Source: Mercenaria mercenaria (taxonomy: Eukaryota). Taken from it: a DNA stretch of 64,000 nt. The translations under genes and the position numbers were made by a program. The notes under the pieces were generated by a model. It was not told the origin of the DNA. It did not search any database and was given only the letters and a program-made list of their open reading frames with translations. Positions 1 to 12,240 of this stretch are shown here, piece by piece (within the stretch, counting starts at the first letter, position 1; each line of letters starts with the position of its first letter). The DNA is taken from the NCBI RefSeq assembly GCF_021730395.1, contig NC_069372.1, forward strand, positions 62,847,754 to 62,911,753. The letters run 5' to 3'.

Positions 1-1838
1 GACACATAGTGTTAAATCTTTTCGAGTGCAAGGCCCTACGGGTGCGCGCATGCGTCAATGCATGTGTAAGTTTGTATGTACAGAAAATCGTGTTCGGCCA
101 ATAACCCAATATCTTTGTCATGATTTGACCGATTTTAAGAACACGACAAGTTAAAGCATAGCAAAAGTGCCTTCTAGGGCACATCTATATAAATATATAA
201 TGATCATCTTGTAAATTTTGGTTGCAATGCCTGTTTTATACTGCCAAAAAATGTCAAGTAGGTATTTAGCTAGTTATTATTTAACATAAATTGTTAAATC
301 CAACAACAAATTAAATCTGTTACCACTTTCAGTTGAGTAAATACGGCAATAAGACATTGACCCGGTCAATCCGTTATGATTCGATGCCTGAATTTGTTGC
401 ACATAATTAGAGGGTCGCAATGGGGTTTGCTTTCACATATTAACCATGCATTTGAAGATAACGATAATATTTAGTTGTTTACATGTAAATTTGCTGATAT
501 GTACATATGCTATGTTCTTCAAGAATGGAGGAAATAAAAGTATCAGTCATAGTAATATGTAATCCATGGACGCGTTCAGTCAGAGAGTCGCCTCAATTAA
601 GAAAGAATAGTTTTAACGTCAGAGGTTATTTCTAAGGTCACGGAGTTTGACTGACCAGATTGTAATGACAACAGCTTTCGATATCAGTAGCTCAGTCAAG
701 TGTGACTTACCAAACTATAATATTCCTTCTCAAGAGAAGGAACAATAACGCAGCACAAATGACCAATGGAACAAGAGGGCGTGTCGCGTGCAAGACCAAC
801 AAACCTAACTAAGATCAATGAGAAATAATAACGTTTTTATGTACAAATTGATATTCAAATAGCTTGGCGCAAATATTCAGCATTAATTTCAATATGTCGT
901 GAGCAAGACCTATCCCCTACCTAAAAAGCCAAGGTAACACTATGAGGTAAAAGATTTAACTAATTCTTCCTTGTCCGGTTTATATAACTTGTTTGTATGT
1001 ACTTAGCGCAAACATACCCCATAACTAGATCATGTTTCGTGTACAGGTCACAGATCCAGCTCAATCCTTATATGTCATTTTCTTTGTCCAGTCTATAACG
1101 TTTTAATGCATAAATTGGTTATTACATTCAAGACAATGTCTCACGTGTAAGACTTAGGTTGCTAGCTTGAAGGTCAATGTCATAGATAGAGGTTAAATTT
1201 TTTAGATATTTTTTCTTGTTTGGTCCATACCATACTTTCTGTATGCATGGATGGATTGGATATTCAAATGGTTTGGCAAAACATTTATCATAATATGACA
1301 ATATCCTGAGCTCAAAGGCCATTGTAAAACTAATAGGTAGATATTCTAAGTATTTTGTCAGAGTTAGATCTATAACATATCTATACATGGATGGAGATTA
1401 CAATTACAAATTATTACTTGTGGAAATCTGTGTAAAATCATAGGAAACAGGTGTTTTTTTGTTCTATGGCACAAATTACTCCACAGTGGACAGTTGTACT
1501 AATCTTCTTTATATTATTTGATTTACAGAAACGCTTGTCCACTAGTGTGGCGTACACGGTCCAGCAAACATATATCAATACAGTATAATTGGCTATACAC
1601 AAATCAATCAATGTAAATTAATCTATCTCAACTTAATCAATTCAATTCAATTCAATTCATTCTTTATTGCATAATAAGGCCTCCGGCCCATACACAAGAG
1701 AAATACAGAACATATAACATCTAATTACATGTGTGAAGCAAAGGTCACTTACATTTACATAATAATATTATAAGGTACTTGTCAATTATGTATTATACAG
1801 TAAACACATGTCAGTATAGTTTTGTACCAAATACATGT

Positions 1839-2552
1839 TCAAGTAAAGTCTGAAACTAGCCTACTTCTTTCTTTAAAAGCATAATATATATACATTGCTA
1901 GGTTTCTAATAATTTCATCACTTTCTGTTGACATTAGATCATAAAAGTTTTGTATTGTAGCATTGTTAACAAAGTGGTATGGAATGTATAATGACCGAAT
2001 ATTTGAATACAAAGGACATATAAGTACAAAATGAAATTCGTCTTCAATAACAGCTTCACAATATGGACAGTCACGATGTTCTCTATCTAAACCAATATGT
2101 CTACCTTTTTCAATCATGAGATTATGTGAAGAACTTCGAAAATTTGCCATACAGGATCGAAATTTTGCTATATCTACAACAGTAACATACTTCTCAACAT
2201 TGTACAAAGGTTTAAAATGTATATAATGACAAAGTTTACTACTTTCATTGCATCTAGTCCTCCAGTTTTGAACATATTGGTCTTTCAACCTTTGTTCAAA
2301 CTGAAACAGAAAATAGCGTGGTTTAGCGACTTCTTGGCGTTCCCAAATATATCCAAACCCGTTAGTATATAAATATTGTTTTACATCTGTAGCCCAATTT
2401 ATATAACCTAAATTATCATAACATAAAAGCATTTCATAGCACAATTTGATATATCTGTTTCTAGGCAAAGTAAGCAAATATTTGATACAACGTTTAGCTG
2501 AATATATATACATGGGGAATCTACCAACGTCCCCAAGCATCGTTACATGCAC
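1839..2552 (-). CDS. LINE ORF2 C-terminal extension (Cys/His zinc knuckle), separated from the RT ORF by a frame break near 2521..2552
   Basis: 237-aa ORF contiguous with the RT ORF in another frame. It contains HRDCPYCEAVIEDEFHFVLICPLY, a CCHC-type motif common at LINE ORF2 C-termini. Confidence 0.6.
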   Translation of the reverse strand: MHVTMLGDVGRFPMYIYSAKRCIKYLLTLPRNRYIKLCYEMLLCYDNLGYINWATDVKQYLYTNGFGYIWERQEVAKPRYFLFQFEQRLKDQYVQNWRTRCNESSKLCHYIHFKPLYNVEKYVTVVDIAKFRSCMANFRSSSHNLMIEKGRHIGLDREHRDCPYCEAVIEDEFHFVLICPLYSNIRSLYIPYHFVNNATIQNFYDLMSTESDEIIRNLAMYIYYAFKERSRLVSDFT

Positions 2553-5043
2553 TTCTGTTCACTTTAAGAAAGCGTTTACACGCATATACCTGTATTGATT
2601 CGACACATCGCATATGTTTTAGTCCCCATAGTTCTGAACCATATAGTAACACAGCCGCAACTTTTGTATCAAATATTTTAAAGAACGTTTTATAAGGTAA
2701 ACATTGCAAATTTTGTAGAGAATTAAAAATATATATCAGAACTTTTTTCGCTTTAACCGACATAGCTTCAGCCATTTTGTACAATGACAGTCTGTTAGAA
2801 AAATATATGCCAACATAGGTAAAACCATTCACAGTATCTATTACGTTATTACCAAAGAACCAGCGTTCTCTCCTCGCTAATCGTCCACCTCGCTTAAAGA
2901 CCAGTACTTTTGTTTTAGAAATATTTACTGTAAGTTTACTTGAATTACAAAAGGTTTCTAAAATATTTAATTGCCTTTGTAACCCTACTACAGTATCTGC
3001 TAAAAGAGCAATATCATCTGCGAACATAAGTAGGAATATTTCCATAGTATCAGGAAATAACTGGATGCCTCTAGTATTGTTTTGACATAACAAAGTATCC
3101 AATTCGTTTATAAACATGGCAAACAAGATGGGACTCAAGTTACACCCCTGACGTGGTCCAACAGGGCAAGAAAATATACTGGTAAAACCTTGTTGTGTTC
3201 TAACACATGCTTTAACAGACACATAAATGGATTGTATAGCCTTGTATAAATGACCTTGAACACCATTGTTTTTCAAAATATTATACAATACTGACCGGTC
3301 AACCGAATCAAAGGCTTTCTGAAAGTCAATGAAAGCTACGTATATCGATTTTCCTTTTACACTTAAATATTTGTTAACAATAGAATACAGTATAAAGGCG
3401 TTATCAACTGTACAATAACCAGCTCTAAATCCAGCTTGACATTCTGATATTCTACTATATGCTTCTACATAGAAAGTTAACCTTTTGGTAATTATTGATA
3501 TGTAGACTTTACTTAAAATATCTAACAAAGCAATACCCCTGTAGTTATTTGGATTGCTAACACTTCCCTTCTTATGCAGCGGAATAATTATTGACTTGGC
3601 CCACTCATCTGGAAATTCACCTTTTGTAAATAATCTGTTGAACAATTTTCGTATAAAAGGTAATAATACATTTACACCATAAACTATATGCTGTGGAATA
3701 AGGTTACCGCCAGATGCCTTGTGTATATTTAAAGACTTTACAGTATTTACAATCTCGTCATCTGTTATACTAGAATTAAACACTAAGTCCTCGATCTCAT
3801 CGATATTTATATTCATATCAATATCTCTATCGTCCTGTTCATAATCAATATTGTCATCAGCAATATTCGCTGCAAACAAGTTGCTAAAATGTTCAAACCA
3901 GCTGTTCAAAGATATATTTGGTTGCGACTTGGGTTTATCTGTCAATTTCTTCAACTCACGCCAAAACATCCTTGAATTATTTACAACAGATTCTATTTTA
4001 GACACATATTTTTTATTATATAAGTAACGTTTCCGTCTACACATATTTTTATAAACATGTTTGCTATTTATATAGTCGTTCAAATTATTTTCACATCGGC
4101 TGGACCGAAACTTGTTTAAAGCTTTTCTACTCTGTAATTTTGCAGCTTTACAATCACTGTCAAACCATAGTTTATTTTCTTTACGAATAATCGGCCTTCT
4201 TAATTTTTGAAATCTAGCACTGCTATCTACTATAGCCGTTTCCAATTCGCCTACAATAACGTTTATATCAATATTACTGTCGTCTAGCATGTTATCTATC
4301 GGATTGAAAAAACCATTCAGTATATTTTCCGATAAACATTGTAAATACTCCTTACAATTGTCATCATTTAGATTGTAACACAAGTGCAGATTCTCGTCAG
4401 TGGTCACGGGTGTGTCACCATGACTTAATTTCAAACTTAGACTTATAGGCATATGACAACTCTCCGTGTTCGGTGAAATCTGGAACTGTTGAATGAGGTC
4501 AAACAAGCATTTAGATGTTATAAAATAGTCAATAGTACTACAACCATTACTATTAACGAAGGTATAGCCGTTACTCTCTGGATGCACACCAAAACGACCG
4601 TTTGCTATAATACAGGAATACACTTTACAAAATTCTATAAGCTCATGACCGAATTTATTCATCTTGGTGTCAGAAGAAGACCTTGCAATAACTACCTCAC
4701 TGTCAATAATATCTCTAAATTCCGTTAATTCTGGTATATTGACAGAACATGTAACATAGTCTAGAGCGTTAGAAGTTCGGGCATTAAAGTCACCATTTAA
4801 CAACAATTCTGTATCAAGTAATTGATTTGTAATAATACAATCCTCCAGTTCTTGTAACCCCGTCATATCCTTATTATCATAAAACGGAGAATTTTCTGGT
4901 GGTATATACAATGAAACATATAGAACATCTCTATCTGTGGTCAGTAATGTTTTATCAAACAATCGAGCAACAGCACTCCGGAAACATGAATAGAAACCTG
5001 CTGTATTGTGAATCACAACAAACTCAATATCCGAGTTGAACAC
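2521..5043 (-). CDS. LINE ORF2: apurinic-like endonuclease + reverse transcriptase
   Basis: 840-aa ORF. RT motifs are present (…HKKGS…NYRGIALL…, QAGFRAGYCT, FADDIALLAD). The N-terminal ~230 aa is endonuclease-like. Confidence 0.8.
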   Translation of the reverse strand: MFNSDIEFVVIHNTAGFYSCFRSAVARLFDKTLLTTDRDVLYVSLYIPPENSPFYDNKDMTGLQELEDCIITNQLLDTELLLNGDFNARTSNALDYVTCSVNIPELTEFRDIIDSEVVIARSSSDTKMNKFGHELIEFCKVYSCIIANGRFGVHPESNGYTFVNSNGCSTIDYFITSKCLFDLIQQFQISPNTESCHMPISLSLKLSHGDTPVTTDENLHLCYNLNDDNCKEYLQCLSENILNGFFNPIDNMLDDSNIDINVIVGELETAIVDSSARFQKLRRPIIRKENKLWFDSDCKAAKLQSRKALNKFRSSRCENNLNDYINSKHVYKNMCRRKRYLYNKKYVSKIESVVNNSRMFWRELKKLTDKPKSQPNISLNSWFEHFSNLFAANIADDNIDYEQDDRDIDMNINIDEIEDLVFNSSITDDEIVNTVKSLNIHKASGGNLIPQHIVYGVNVLLPFIRKLFNRLFTKGEFPDEWAKSIIIPLHKKGSVSNPNNYRGIALLDILSKVYISIITKRLTFYVEAYSRISECQAGFRAGYCTVDNAFILYSIVNKYLSVKGKSIYVAFIDFQKAFDSVDRSVLYNILKNNGVQGHLYKAIQSIYVSVKACVRTQQGFTSIFSCPVGPRQGCNLSPILFAMFINELDTLLCQNNTRGIQLFPDTMEIFLLMFADDIALLADTVVGLQRQLNILETFCNSSKLTVNISKTKVLVFKRGGRLARRERWFFGNNVIDTVNGFTYVGIYFSNRLSLYKMAEAMSVKAKKVLIYIFNSLQNLQCLPYKTFFKIFDTKVAAVLLYGSELWGLKHMRCVESIQVYACKRFLKVNRSACNDAWGRW

Positions 5044-6834
5044 CGTACATAGGAACCTTCAAAATATTATTAGATATCGATTTTCTATCGTCGCGGTCCT
5101 TAAACGAAACTCATTGTTTCGAGTAAAGGTTCAGACTGTGATAGAAGATCAACAACCTGATATTTATTTCATACGATGTTAACTGCTCGGAGCCAGGCAG
5201 ACTCGGGGTTCTTCATATTGCTGCTCTCGTGTTTATACGGTCCTGTCTAACTATGTTTAACGAGAGGCCTGCGATTATGGTTAAAGCCAGAATCCAGTTA
5301 CACTGATTTATCAAATGCATCAATTGTATTTATGTTATCTCTATTTCATAATTATACCCTTGAAATATCAAAATAATTGTACAAATAGATTTTTCTTTTC
5401 GGAGTCTTGTGCATTTACAAGATTCCTAAACCTATTACGGGGCTATCACGCCATACTAGTATGTGATGCCACATTATAGAATTTTGAGCTGTAAATCTCA
5501 GGTGAGCGATATATTGCTGCTAGTACCTTATAGTTTTTGGTGTTTTGTACTGTTTACGTTTTACATAATGTTTTCACATTTAGAATTAATATTATGGCAG
5601 TGTTCCAAATTTAATACTTTAAAAACCATAATCTTGGATGTCAAAAAAATCTTTTCCTGACAACCGCTGTTTTTCGTTATGTTTCATCAAATGGGAACAA
5701 TCTCTTTTCTTCTTGTGAAATATATTGATAGCAATTTTATTTCGGTGAATGCAAAAAGAAAGTATGCATGTATTCGTAAAACGCGACTTCCACGTATTCA
5801 AAATTTGATACTCTTCTTTAAATGATGAATGTATGTGTTAACATTACCTTTTATTGTCATTAGTCGCGATATCAAGTTTCATCAAATCCCTATCTTGGTT
5901 TCAAAGGTGTGGCATATCAAGGTACCAGAGATGAAATACTGTAAAATCTTTCTTTTTCGTGGGCACGAATATCGTGGTTTAATGCATGAGAATATTTCGG
6001 CGGGATATGATTCCTGGATTGACTCAACTACGACATCCGCGAAAATTAATTCTCACTAATATAACAGCTCTCTATGTTACAGTTACATGTTTATTTCAAT
6101 GTCCTTCAAGGTTATTATAAAATGACATTTTAATTTATACTCAAAATGTGCTTTTGTCTTGTCTTTTACAAGGTTATACATAGACAGGAGACTTTTACGT
6201 CAGTGTAATTAGAAAATTCACTAAACCAGTAACTTAACTTGAACAACAAAATAACTCTTGAATATTTTAATACTTGCAAGATTGTTTTAACAGACTGTCA
6301 CAACCAATACGTTTACAAATATCAGTTTTAAAATCAGGGGCTCATAGACAATGAAGGGGAGATGGGAGGCCAGATAACCTATATACTATAGAGAATGAAG
6401 TTAACCCTTATAGAGAAGAAGTTTTGACGTATTCATGCGGTAAAGGTTTAGTGACACTAGTTAACGTTCAGCTATTCATCAAGAATTGTTTGGAGATAAA
6501 ATCTGTTTCAATATCGCTGCGCAATATCTGCATTGTTAACTGCGATACTGATACATAACTTAAGGATATTCAATGCCCGTCTTTCGCTATACTATTTTTA
6601 GCATTAGAAGAAAATGTTAAATGTGTAATCGAAACAACTTTTAAAACAAGGTTTTAGAGACACGTCATGTCAAAAGAAGTTTGAATTTGGTTTCAAAGAA
6701 TTTGAAATTACTACTTCATTTATTTGACATTCCAAGTATTAGGAAATCATTTTCCTTGAAAACAAAAAACATGTTTATTTTCGTAAGAAATGAGTATTTA
6801 AGGTCCTAATGATATCAGGCAATCTGAATAAATA

Positions 6835-7112
6835 ATTGTTTGTTTGTTTGTTTTGGGTTTAACGCCGTTTTTCAACAGTATTTCAGTCATGTAACGGCGG
6901 GCAGTTAACCTAACCAGTGTTCCTGGATTCTGTACCAGTACAAACCTGTTCTCCGCAAGTAACTGCCAACTTCCCCACATGAATTATCAGAAGTGGAGGA
7001 CGAATGATTTCAGACACAATGTCTTTTATCAAATCGTCACGGAGAACATACGCCCCGCCCGAGGATCGAACTCGCGACCACGCGATCCGTAGACCGACGC
7101 TCTCCCTACTGA
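6835..7112 (-). mobile_element. tRNA-derived SINE (family A), minus strand, (CAAA)n tail
   Basis: On the minus strand, the head carries a pol III B-box (GAGTTCGATCC) at ~7045..7075. The body shares gttggcagtt.cttacggag / ggttaggt.aactgccc / ctgttgaaaa.cggcgttaaaccca with the copy at 21665..21915. A (CAAA)n tail lies at 6835..6860. Confidence 0.6.
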
Positions 7113-9699
7113 GAATAAATAATAGTATACAAGATAGAAGCATTTAAATGCATTTTAAACATATATACTAGTCATACATCGCATACATATACTGTCATAC
7201 GGATTTGATTTGAACGTGCTACTAAATTTAATCGGTATGTTTAGTTGGAATGATAATAATGACAGATTCGAAAACGCTTATCTGAGAGCGATATTATTCA
7301 AAATAAGAAGAGTGAGCAACATATACTGGTAGCTATTGTGGATTTGTGTCTAACCATCAGGATGTTTTAAGAGTGAATCAGCCTATTAACTGGTTCATCT
7401 CTCTTTGCCGGAAAGGTCACTTTTTGTTCCTTCTCAAAAGAAGGAACACTTATGGTTGACATTACGCATTTGACTGAGCAGGTAATGGATACAAGGGTAC
7501 TTTCAAGTTCATCCGCTAAACAGGATGGCGCCGTCCTTCCCATAAATGATCGGTTGCCATGGAAATAGTGAAACCATATATAGTTCAAAAGAGGTGTGTT
7601 TTTTTCATGAGAACGTTTTTTTTATATTAAATGGGTTGGTCCTACCGAACAGTTTAGTACCTATGAAAAAAGGTCTAGGTTTGACGGGGGTGGGGGCGTG
7701 CATGGTAGACGTTTCTGGCCCACACCTAAAATGACTAACTGTACTGGCAAATGGCTATACAGAACATGGTATACATTATTTCCAATGTATGTTTAAAAGA
7801 ATATGTCGAAACTTTTATAGATATAGAAAATATAAAGATTTTTGTTTCGTCTGAAAATTTTTTTTAAAAAACTTGTATATATATATGCAGATGTGTTAAT
7901 CACGTGACGAAAACACTTCTACACAGAATTCAGAAAGTTTCACATAAAGTAACCAAACAGATTTTTCATCACTGTCGTATTGAACATCTATAACATGATC
8001 CTAAAACAAACTTTCTTAACAGAAAGAATATTGCATATGCGCTAGAAGGAACGTTTTCATATGCAAAATCTTGTAACTTGATGACTATATGGCAGTTTAT
8101 ATTTCTTACAGGATAATAACCAAATATGGTATACCTTTACATTCCGGGTGTGCGTGCTAATTACCATCAACGTCAATTAGTCACCAGGTTGTTATGCAAG
8201 AGTACAACGCGACCGATCTAAACTACAATGAAAGATATTTGTGCATGTTTTATAGTTTACCAATGCGACTACATTTATATGTAATATAATATGTACAAAT
8301 ACAATAACTGAATAACATTGTGCGGCATGCAGTGATTATACAAGGAAAAAGTTTTTCCTTACTTTGGTTATTCTAAGCATATTTAGTATACTATAGCACG
8401 AACCATCAATTGTTTTATTAAAGATATATTTCAGCATTATTGTAAAACACAATGTATGTATTAAAATTTTATTATCAATGTAAGTGCTCATTAGATAAAT
8501 CCACTTATTCTTTCTCAGTCATGGATAAATCCATTATTCATTTATTCCTAACTAGAAAAATTTAGGATAAAGGTTTTTACTGTTTGACTGTATTTCATTT
8601 ACAGTAAAATCATATAAATTTCTTGTATTGCTAACATCTGTGTTCCGTGTACGTCGGAAATCTGTATTGAGTATAGAGAGGATCGTCAGGGTTAAATGGT
8701 TTTCCTGAAATACTGTTCGTATCTAAAGCAAACGTTATAAACTACCCTATGTTAGAAATCATACTTATACTAAAATAATACCAGATGCTGAAAGGAAAAA
8801 GAACAAAATTTTATCAATTTGTCCGCTTGACTTGAATATGTCTGTATACGTCGTCAATCCGCAAAAGGAAGGATGGGTGGGATATAACAAATATAAATAC
8901 GTTCATTGTACTGCTGTCAAATATTGAACCTCAACAAAGCAAACGATTAAATCATGCACAAAAAGCGCGAAAATACCGATAAATAAGACGTAAAGGCGGT
9001 AGAGTATTGATATAGTGTATATTTTCTGACCTGGTTGAGATATTTTTAGTACAGGCTGTACCATTAAAATCAATAGGTAACTTGGTGCATATCGGATTTA
9101 TTCGTAAGAAGTCGATACTTACCGTATCGGCTATTCTGGCTGATAATACAAAATATAAGACGCAGATTTATAAATGCAGTCGTAGCGTAATGGTTTACAC
9201 AGCGGATTTTTAAGAGATGTGGAAAGTGATTCGTGTGGGTTCGGTCCCAGATGACTCCTAGTTATATATTTCAAATATTATTCACCTTTATCTTCAATTT
9301 CTTTATATACTTTTTATATTTTATGTCTTGTTCTTTTTTTATATGGTTTTTTTTCTTTATATCAACAATCCAATTTTACAATGACAATGACAATAGAACC
9401 TTTAAAATCTAATCTTCTCCCTCGCTAGCACTCTCGGTTTCGTCACTGTGTATTCATTTATATATAATAAAGGAAAGTTTTCAATTTGCTCGTGAATATC
9501 GTGCATTTCTGGATAGTTTAAATACTAACCCTTAAACTATTTGAAGATCATTAATAAAGGAATTGAAAACCAAGTACATAAAATACCAGATAATTCATAT
9601 GTTATCTAAGCCGTTGCAGATTTTGAAAAAAAAAAAACAGGTTGTTTTGGTTAAACGAAAAAGAAAAAAACTCGAGATATATCAAGATATATATTTTAA

Positions 9700-9790
9700 T
9701 GAAATATAAAAAATAGTAACCCTATCACGGGATCGAACCTGCGTCCTTTTCAGTGCGAGGTAATTGCCCTAACCAATACACCAGTCGGTC
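9700..9790 (-). other. tRNA-like fragment (probable SINE head / tRNA pseudogene)
   Basis: The minus strand has GGTTCGATCCC (B-box-like) and TGGTTAGGG (A-box-like). No clean cloverleaf could be folded. An A-rich tract lies downstream on the minus strand. Confidence 0.3.
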
Positions 9791-10026
9791 GGTCATGAAA
9801 TCAATACCCATATTTTGCATTAACATATCTATTCCCATTTACGGAGAATTCGACGGAATGAAACGAAATCTAACGATGTAGCCGATTACCCTAAATTCAA
9901 TGATAGAATGGCCCATTTATGACCTTTCTATAAATATATCCGCCAGGTCAGAAAATATTCACTATACAGGAGCGTAGGTGATAATAAAAAAAACGCAAGG
10001 GTTAGCAAACGTGAATAAACCTTAAA

Positions 10027-10253
10027 GACCTGCTCCATTCCTACCTTTTAACCTTAAATTGTCACTGAAAAAGCATGCAAATCCTGACTATGAATAGTGA
10101 CGCCTGTCAAAATAGAGTTTATTTTATATAAAATTCTATATAAAATATCTGTGGTTTTACGTGCTAAAGTGTGGCGCGTGGCCGTTATCTGTTACCTATT
10201 GTAATCATGCGTTGCATACACACAATAGAATTTGAATAGCCGCGGAGCAGGGT
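10027..10253 (+). mobile_element. MITE-like element with 10-bp TIR (GACCTGCTCC ... GGAGCAGGGY), copy 1 of 3
   Basis: A ~225-bp sequence almost identical to 57641..57846 and 61788..62004. Its ends are inverted complements. It has TTAAA-like flanks. Confidence 0.5.
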
Positions 10254-11859
10254 TTTAATATCATTTACTCACTCTCAGTTGTGAGTAAATCAATTACTCA
10301 TTAATTCCATGCTCCTAACTGCAGAAAAAAGAATAATTTAGGATAAAGGGTTTTGCTATTAGACAGCATTTTAGTCGAGGAAAACAAAGATCATTTCGAA
10401 TTTCGATTATCTAAATAAATGTGAAAAAAATAGTACTCTTAATTATAAAGAAACTACTCTAATGAATTTAAACAAGGCAAAGTTTATTATAATGAACTTG
10501 TTCAGTAACAAATATATTAAGGACGCTCGCTACAGTTTCGTAATTTTTTTCTCAATAATAGATTTTGATGAAATGTTTTGTATTAAAAGATCATGTTATG
10601 ATGTATTGAAAAATGAAATAAAAATACTAGGTCACCAGCTTTGTTTCAATTTAATTTGCCCCTAGATATGGTGCTATTTTAAACATTTTTCAAAATTTCT
10701 GTAATCCTAAAACATATTCCAGTAAAGTACATTAATCAGCATAAATTTGATTATCTAAGCATTTTTATAACGGAAAACAATATATCTATTTGAAACATGC
10801 TCAGAGAAATCAAAAGAACATGATTTTGTAAAGAAAGGAATACTTGTTCAGCAGACCCAAGGGCTATTTTTGCATATTTTTGTCAGTTTTAAGTTGGTAC
10901 TTCTGCTATTTTATCTAGTTTCACATAATAGAATTTAATCAAACTCTGCACATACCTTTGGTTATGTCTACCTAATCTAAAACAAAAAGAAAATTGATAG
11001 GTCACCATATTAGATTTCGCTTAAATCAAATTACAACGAGGTGGGGTGTGGTGGGCATTTATACAACGCAGGTTGGCACGAAATACTCTTTCAGTGTTTA
11101 AGCAAATGACTTAGAAATGTATATATAAAATTATCAAACGGCAGATTTCTTAATAATCGGATTTTAAGGGGTTTCTGAAGCATTTTGATGGCATAGAACG
11201 ATGAAAGTTTCCGCCTTTTTTTTTTAACAAAACCTATAGTTTACGAATATACGGTACGGGATTAGAAACAGCTGTGACTCAATGCAGAGTTGGAGCGTTG
11301 GTATAAATAACAGACTCCAGTATATGTCGGATTGAAGCAATTTGAACTAAAAGTACTTTAAACGTATATATTTTGTAACCATGGTGATACTTACCCTAAC
11401 CTTTAGTCAGTATATTATACATTTTGTACATTAAATGCATGCGAACATACAATAATTTGCGAATTTTTGCCGTACGCAACATTAGATAATCACTTCCGGG
11501 CATGCGCAGAAGACCGCACCAGGTCTGCAGTGAGCTACATCGAAACCAAATTGGCACGGTGTTGGGGTAAATATCGACCCGTCCGGAAAAACTGTAGCGA
11601 GTGCCTTTAAAAGAAAATTGATTTAGATAAGAAAATTATACTCAATTATTATTTATTCAAGTTCGGGAGCAGACAAGAAGTTCGGTTACAGATTAGACCA
11701 CCGTCACTGCCTGAACAAAATTGAAAATGAAAATAATTATAACCCGTGATGGTAACATATATACTATTGTTAATGTTCTCAAAGAACAAATGTTGATTTA
11801 ATATTTTAAATGTTTTACTAAAATTAATACAGATAAACGAAACTCAAAATAAAAAGCAA

Positions 11860-12240
11860 AAGATAAATGCAACCTCTGCGCAGCCCAGAAGACAACGGGT
11901 AAACACAATCTCTGCGCTAACGGCAATGAATAAATTGTTTAAAGCCATAACTGCACAAAAAAAGGAACGGGTAATCACATAATCTGCACAACCCAAAAAG
12001 GCAACAGGTAAACGCACTCTCTGTGTAACTAGAAAAAAAGACAATGGGTTAACGCAGGATCTGCACCAACGGCAATGAATAAACGAAATCTCTGTGCAAA
12101 AGCAAAAGGGTTAATGCAATCCCGGCAAAACTCAGAAGAAAAATGGGTAAAAAACAATCTGCGATAACGGCAACGAATAAGCCCAATCCCTGTACAACAT
12201 GGAAACGTAATCTCTGCCTTATTTAACGAAAGCAATAAAG
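11860..12240. repeat. Degenerate minisatellite (~45-60 bp unit, GGGTAAACRCAATCTCTGYGC core)
   Basis: Visible imperfect tandem repetition. Overlapping small ORFs on the minus strand are likely spurious. Confidence 0.4.

Larger units (their letters stand above)
1630..5043 (-). mobile_element. Non-LTR retrotransposon (LINE, CR1/L2/RTE-like) with APE endonuclease + reverse transcriptase ORF and a simple-repeat 3' tail
   Basis: Minus-strand ORFs 2521..5043 and 1839..2552 are collinear. The RT has an FADD(IALLADT) active-site motif. There is a C-terminal CX2CX9HX4C knuckle (CPYCEAVIEDEFHFVLIC). An (AATTC)n tract at ~1637..1660 is typical of CR1-like 3' ends. Confidence 0.8.

Noticed and set aside
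1128-1388. 86-aa minus-strand ORF near the LINE 3' end
   Set aside because: It is short, has no motifs and lies in AT-rich sequence with equivalent ORFs in other frames.
7040-7112. Possible genuine tRNA gene (B-box GAGTTCGATCC)
   Set aside because: The cloverleaf could not be closed. The sequence continues into a SINE body shared with 21665..21915 and an (AAAC)n tail, so it is a SINE head.
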